Below, in pieces: positions 58,950 to 64,000 of a stretch of 64,000 bases of DNA. How positions within the stretch are numbered: the first letter of the stretch is position 1; each line of letters starts with the position of its first letter. The notes under the pieces are model-generated. The model was not told where the DNA came from. It did no database searches and was given only the letters and a program-made list of their open reading frames with translations. Source of the DNA: an uncultured bacterium (GTDB lineage Bacteria; Oederibacteriota; Oederibacteriia; Oederibacteriales; Oederibacteriaceae); contig OZ218778.1 in assembly GCA_965112635.1 (NCBI GenBank), forward strand, positions 416,001 to 480,000, written 5' to 3'. A program made the position numbers and the translations under genes.

Positions 58950-61466
58950 CTATTCAACCTTTATATTAGCCAGCCAGGACTGGCCCCATGGCGCCCCGGG
59001 GTTTCTGCCCATCGTCGCAATGGATAGAGTACCCGCACCCTGACCTTTGGGTAAAGATATTTTAAATGCCTGGCGCCCCTGGTCTTTTTTGAATTGCACA
59101 GGCATGAGCATGCGCTCAAAAAGTACCTTTGACACCGGACCTTTCTTCATGAACGAGACCTTGAACTTCACACCGTCTGTCTGCCCGCCGTCGGAATAGG
59201 CGCTCGGCAAAAGACCAAAATCCCCGCTCAGGGTCTTTTCCGTACCGTTTAGATGAAATCGGATTTCTCCAGGGGCATGGACCAGGAGCACTTGGTCATC
59301 CCCGATTTCATGTATATCAACGGGGAACGGGGAATCAATGAGATAAGGAGCGATATTGAAACCGGGATAGAAGTGCAGTAACAGATCACGACCGATTTTC
59401 ATGTTTGCTTCACGAGGCCTATCCGCCTCATAAAAAGTCACCTGGAACTTGTCTGTTTTATAAAATCTGGCCATTCTCGGCTCAACTTTCAAATCCAATG
59501 ACCGCACTTCCCGCGGGCTGCGGCCATACAAGATCCTGACCAGATCGGCATTGTCCCTGAGCATCCAGCTCACCATGACCGGCATCCGCATCAGGGTGGG
59601 TATGATCCGGTAGTTCCACTCAGCATGTTCGCCGTTACACTTCATGGTTAAAGAAAGCATGGGTGGCTTATAAAATACAGACCTCAGTTTGCCAAGCCAG
59701 TTCAGGTCCAGCTGAGCCGTGGCATAAAGGACCTTATCCGGAGCTGTTACGGGCAAAGAAACGGGGTTATCGGGAAGAAGGGCGGCGGAAGATATCATTT
59801 TTAGTTCCCTGCCCGGGTCGGGCCGGGCTTTTTGCCTGAATAATAAAAATCCCTTTTCAGCTAGGACGGGTTCGTAAATATCCAGGATAGCTCTCAGGGC
59901 CAGGGCGTCATCCTGCGCCAAAAGCCGGTAGTCAATGGTCGCCATCTTAAATAAAAAATATTTCGGCCGCTTACCGGGGTCAAGAACATGATCTCGGTTT
60001 ATCCTTTCCAAGGTGTCGTTAAAAGTATTAAAAGTCACGGACATGGGGAGGGGACGATAATTAAGCCCGTTGAGCATGACAACACCCTCTTCACAGCCGA
60101 AAAAATCTATGGTTTCGTTCCCCACTATTTTTCGTACTAGGGGAAGATTGAATTTTTGCCTGTTGATATCCAATCTTTTATCCAGGTCTTTTTTTAGTTC
60201 CCTGATGCCGATGACATGGGCCACATTATCTTTCAAGGTAATGAAGGGCTGGCTCATGAGATGTCCCAGGTTCATCCTGCCTTCCGTGACCCCGATCAGC
60301 GCAAAAAAGATGCACGCAAGGCAGAGCACTGGCTCAACATAGCTCTTGAAACGCATGCGGCTGCTGCGCCAATCGCTTGGTGGCCCCGCCTGAAGGCCAT
60401 TGTTTCCCCTGACAACCAGATCGATGAGGGCGGCAATGACAGCGAACCTGAAAAAAAATTGCACATGCGCATCGGCTCTGACGAATCCATGTTTCCAATC
60501 TAGAAAGGTGCAAAATAACAGCAACAGGCATATCATAACTTTTTGCTTGTTTTGATAGTTGGTTATCCCTGTCCAACATATCAATAGGATCAGAAAAAAT
60601 AGGGTGGCTATCCCTGTATTGAAGATATTATTCCCTTCTTGCAAAGACATAGCATCGTTATATCCAGAGGTCATGTATTTGATCCCCATGAAATATTGTG
60701 GAATGTGTAAAAGATTTTGTCCGGCAAAAACCCAGGACACCACAAAAACAGACGCAAAAGCGGCCAAGAGACCTGGTATGAACCGTTTTCGGCCCTGCAA
60801 AACATAAAGTGTGCAGACGAGAGCCAGGGTGAATCCTGCCATGGTAAGGAGAGTCCCCTTACAAAGCGGAAGAAACCCTAAAAAACCGGCTACGAGATAG
60901 TTGGGCCATGGTCTTTCGTTTATTTTTGGGTGCTGAATGAGAAAAATACCGGCAAAAAGGATGCAGGAATCGTAGTAAAGATCAGGCGGCCATCTTAAGG
61001 CAATGAACGGAAGCAACCATATCCATCTCAAAAATCGAAGCGGGGATTCAAGGATGAACATAATGACCAGAAATGCCAGGGCTCCCTGCACCAAAAGTTC
61101 CAAGATCATGCGGGTCCAGAATAAATATCCGGCATAGACATATCCGAACATGACAAATCCGTATGGTCCTATGATATGCAAAACATCGGTGCCATATTGA
61201 AAATGATTGAAAGTAAAGTAGGAGTACGCCGCAGCATTGGAAGAATCAAGAGAATTGTCCAGCACCAGATAGGGAGAGTTGTAAAAGAAGAGAGTCAAAA
61301 CAAACCATAACAATACTACGGCTGAACCGGTAATGACTTTATGACGAAAAAGGTTCACAGGAAACAATCCTGAATATTTTTGTTTCATCTTTCCCTCAAA
61401 CTCCTCTTTCATATTGTTATTTGATCCGCATATGAACCCATTAGGACTAATCCAAGCTGGTTTCAC
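58950..61466 (-). CDS. Large multi-pass GT-C-like membrane protein with extracytoplasmic C-terminal beta domains
   Basis: LDNSLDSS in the first loop, G.D.....GPYGF, about 11 TMs, KHGFVRAD.H, large soluble C-terminus; real start probably 61389-61413. Confidence 0.6.
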   Translation of the reverse strand: MKPAWISPNGFICGSNNNMKEEFEGKMKQKYSGLFPVNLFRHKVITGSAVVLLWFVLTLFFYNSPYLVLDNSLDSSNAAAYSYFTFNHFQYGTDVLHIIGPYGFVMFGYVYAGYLFWTRMILELLVQGALAFLVIMFILESPLRFLRWIWLLPFIALRWPPDLYYDSCILFAGIFLIQHPKINERPWPNYLVAGFLGFLPLCKGTLLTMAGFTLALVCTLYVLQGRKRFIPGLLAAFASVFVVSWVFAGQNLLHIPQYFMGIKYMTSGYNDAMSLQEGNNIFNTGIATLFFLILLICWTGITNYQNKQKVMICLLLLFCTFLDWKHGFVRADAHVQFFFRFAVIAALIDLVVRGNNGLQAGPPSDWRSSRMRFKSYVEPVLCLACIFFALIGVTEGRMNLGHLMSQPFITLKDNVAHVIGIRELKKDLDKRLDINRQKFNLPLVRKIVGNETIDFFGCEEGVVMLNGLNYRPLPMSVTFNTFNDTLERINRDHVLDPGKRPKYFLFKMATIDYRLLAQDDALALRAILDIYEPVLAEKGFLLFRQKARPDPGRELKMISSAALLPDNPVSLPVTAPDKVLYATAQLDLNWLGKLRSVFYKPPMLSLTMKCNGEHAEWNYRIIPTLMRMPVMVSWMLRDNADLVRILYGRSPREVRSLDLKVEPRMARFYKTDKFQVTFYEADRPREANMKIGRDLLLHFYPGFNIAPYLIDSPFPVDIHEIGDDQVLLVHAPGEIRFHLNGTEKTLSGDFGLLPSAYSDGGQTDGVKFKVSFMKKGPVSKVLFERMLMPVQFKKDQGRQAFKISLPKGQGAGTLSIATMGRNPGAPWGQSWLANIKVE

Positions 61467-61542
61467 GGGGAATTAAGAACATACGGCACAGGCCCGCATC
61501 TACATATTGTCATTCAGTTAGTGATCCTAGATGCCTGCTCGA

Positions 61543-62301
61543 TTACTTCCTGTAGCTTTCCAAAACCTTAAAAACACCCAAACAGGCGCGAAAACCTTCA
61601 AAAAAATATCGGACCGGAGGGAGACCCCGGCTTTTACCGTATTTTCTTTCTCGATGCGTAATATAAATTTGTTTTATGGAATAATTCTCGAATTGGCATC
61701 TCAAAAATAGTTCGGTGTTCAACAGGGTGGGCATACAATTCACCTGCGGCAGAATTTCTTTAATGACCTCTGCTTTTATCAATCGGAAAGCTGAATTGAT
61801 ATCAAAATAATTGACATGAGCGATCATACATGTAATCTGATTAAAAAGTCCTGAAAAAAAACGCCTGAAGAAAGAATCTTTGCGCCCGAACTTGGCCCCA
61901 TGAACAACGTCATAGGCCGGTATATACTTAGCAAGCTTCCAAAAATCAGCCGCCACGTATTGGCCGTCCGAATCGGTAAAAAAAACAAGAGGACACCTGG
62001 CCTCGCTATAAAGTCTTCTAGCCGAAGGGCCGAATCCATCCTTGGTATCGTGATAATTCACTCGGATAAAAGGGTATTTTTTACACAAACGCGCCAGGAT
62101 CTCCCTGGTGCCGTCCGTGCTGAGAGCCTCGTCAAAAACAAATTCCGAGCCCTTGGGAAGATATTGAAAAACGTCCCTCACCCATTCCTCAACCACGTCT
62201 TCTATGATATCCGCCTCGTTGTGCACGGGCATCAGAACCGACACGGGAAGACTTATCCTTGTTTTACTGGTAGCATGGTATTTCTTCAAGTAAAACCTCA
62301 T
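61543..62301 (-). CDS. GT2 DPM1-like glycosyltransferase
   Basis: PVHNE, STDGT, GFG, TDSDGQY, D.NSAFRL, HRER.YGKS. Confidence 0.82.
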   Translation of the reverse strand: MRFYLKKYHATSKTRISLPVSVLMPVHNEADIIEDVVEEWVRDVFQYLPKGSEFVFDEALSTDGTREILARLCKKYPFIRVNYHDTKDGFGPSARRLYSEARCPLVFFTDSDGQYVAADFWKLAKYIPAYDVVHGAKFGRKDSFFRRFFSGLFNQITCMIAHVNYFDINSAFRLIKAEVIKEILPQVNCMPTLLNTELFLRCQFENYSIKQIYITHRERKYGKSRGLPPVRYFFEGFRACLGVFKVLESYRK

Positions 62302-62426
62302 CCATTAATTTTTTATGGATCAATTACATAATTTTAATTGCTTGGTTTAAATATTCAATATTATTCAACTAACAAAAGAACCTTATGGGCAATTACTTAC
62401 GCCTCCCCCCGGAGAGAACTTGCTGC

Positions 62427-63872
62427 CTACCTGGTTCTCCCCGAAAAGAAAGATGGAACGATGTACTTGAGACTTTTCAATCCGAAAACGATGGTTTCCC
62501 ACCAACCGCGGTTCTCCACCCTGATATAGACGTAGCCATACATGATGGCGAACCAGAGCCGGAATAGCGGATTGGGCGGCAGATGGATCAATTTTTTTAT
62601 GATCGGGAACGACCACGGGATAAGGACCGCGGTCTGAAAAAAATATTGGAGGTTCTCCACTTCCCTGGCATGAGGAAGTTTGAGCGGGGTGCCGGCATGG
62701 TAGGTTCCAATCACATCGTCCGGCCCGTAATTGGGATCAAGAAGTCCCTGTCTTTTGCTCTGCTCAGCCAGCTCAGTCCCCGGGTATGGGATGAAGACCG
62801 CGATCTGCGGGTAATCCGTGCCTATCTTGATATTGATCTCCACGGTCTCCAGGGCTTGTTCCAAAGTCTCATCCGGCAGTCCCACCATGTTGAAAGTCCG
62901 GAAGATGATATGGTTCTCCTTGAGATAACCCGCTACCCGAATGATCTGTTCATCGGTCACGCCCTTACGCAAGAGACCGTTGCGGAGTTTCTCATTACCG
63001 GTCTCCAGACCGAACAATGCGCTCCTGCATCCAGCCCTGGCGATCATCTTGACAGTTTCCTCGTCCGTCAAATCCGCCCGGATCAGACAGGTGAAAGGGA
63101 TTTTAATTTCTTTTTCGTATATTTCGGTCAGCTCTCTGATCCATTGCTTGTTCATGATGAAAGTGTCGTCAATGAAAAAAACATTTTTAGTCCTTATCCT
63201 TGAGGTGACCTCATGGACCTCGTCCATGAGGTTCCGGGGAGATCGGAAACGGACAGGTTTGCCTTTGCCCCTGTAAAGATCGTTATAGACATGATTGAAA
63301 CAGAATGTGCAGTTGAAAGGACATCCCCTGCCTGCCCTGAAAACCTGTGTCTGCGTGTTCAGGACTTTCGGGTAACGACCGTAAAGTTCTCTCCAGGGAA
63401 ATGGGAGCGAATCCATATCCGCTACGAGAGGCCTCACATCGTTCTTTACGATCTCTCCGTTCTTTTTTTTGACCCAAAAATTCGCGATAGCGTCCAGGGG
63501 TTTGCCTTTATCAATGGCTTCAGCCAGCTCCACGATGGCGTTATCGGCTTCGCCCCGGCAGATGATGTCCAAACCCTCCTTTTCGATCACCTCAGGAACG
63601 AAGGTTGGATGAGCTCCACCCATGACAGTCAAGGCATCGGGAAATTCTTTCTTCAATTCCTTGGCCATATTCACAGCCCAGTAATGCCCGCCTGTCATGG
63701 CTGAAAAAGCCAGAACTTGAGGCTTCTCTTTCCTCAATATAGGGATGAAATCTCCTGGTTTCTCGCCGATCAAGGCATCCACCTGGTGCCCGTGCTTTTT
63801 CAGCATGGCCGCCAAGTACATGGGCCCGAAGAACGGATATCCAATGTCTTGAAGAAAAATGAATTTTGCCAT
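62427..63872 (-). CDS. Cobalamin-binding radical SAM protein
   Basis: N-terminal B12-binding domain (YLAAMLK..GH, GGAHPT, GEAD), RGCPFNCTFC, DDTF, GLETG, GLP.ET, PYPGT. Confidence 0.9.
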   Translation of the reverse strand: MAKFIFLQDIGYPFFGPMYLAAMLKKHGHQVDALIGEKPGDFIPILRKEKPQVLAFSAMTGGHYWAVNMAKELKKEFPDALTVMGGAHPTFVPEVIEKEGLDIICRGEADNAIVELAEAIDKGKPLDAIANFWVKKKNGEIVKNDVRPLVADMDSLPFPWRELYGRYPKVLNTQTQVFRAGRGCPFNCTFCFNHVYNDLYRGKGKPVRFRSPRNLMDEVHEVTSRIRTKNVFFIDDTFIMNKQWIRELTEIYEKEIKIPFTCLIRADLTDEETVKMIARAGCRSALFGLETGNEKLRNGLLRKGVTDEQIIRVAGYLKENHIIFRTFNMVGLPDETLEQALETVEINIKIGTDYPQIAVFIPYPGTELAEQSKRQGLLDPNYGPDDVIGTYHAGTPLKLPHAREVENLQYFFQTAVLIPWSFPIIKKLIHLPPNPLFRLWFAIMYGYVYIRVENRGWWETIVFGLKSLKYIVPSFFSGRTR

Positions 63873-63946
63873 CTAAACTCCGATCGTTTTTTCTTACCGG
63901 GACGCCCGTGGGGGACCCGCTTTGGGGCACTGACTTAACAGCTTTT

Positions 63947-64000
63947 CTAGCCTTTGCCCTGCACCAGGGCCAGGTCCGCGTCCACCATCATGGTCACCAA
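63947..64000 (-). CDS. gmd: C-terminal fragment of probable GDP-mannose 4,6-dehydratase (continues beyond the window)
   Basis: Reads LVTMMVDADLALVQGKG*; LVxMMVDADL is the typical Gmd C-terminus, but only 17 residues are visible. Confidence 0.55.
   Translation of the reverse strand: MVTMMVDADLALVQGKG

Overview
Bacterial chromosomal window with almost all genes on the minus strand. The Thr-rich, FlgD-Ig/'YPNP'-tailed secreted protein is of a kind I associate with uncultured candidate phyla such as FCPU426; that placement is inference only. About 1-27 kb is housekeeping: rsmE, tig-clpP-clpX, mdh, icd, tlyA, pilB, aconitase, tRNA-Gly, rho-M23-rpmE-prfA-prmC and coaE. It also holds two intact ORFs that look catalytically dead (an ADP-ribosylglycohydrolase fold next to a stand-alone cNMP-binding protein, and a xylose-isomerase-like TIM barrel). 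About 26-64 kb is a large surface-glycan locus that continues past the right edge. It encodes a WcaJ-type initiator, a Wzm/Wzt exporter with a C-terminal binding module, a 1587-aa methyltransferase/4xGT2 protein and two probable C-methyl-deoxysugar pathways (CDP- and GDP-based). It also encodes three DPM1-like GT2 domains, two GT-C-like membrane proteins that share a beta-sandwich module, a GHMP kinase, an LhgO-like flavoprotein and a B12-dependent radical SAM enzyme (eight SAM-using enzymes in total). Two genes (phosphomannomutase and rfbG) are split by -1 frameshifts, both at AAA-AAG sequences; these are either homopolymer errors or recoding. No CRISPR array, IS element or prophage gene was seen.
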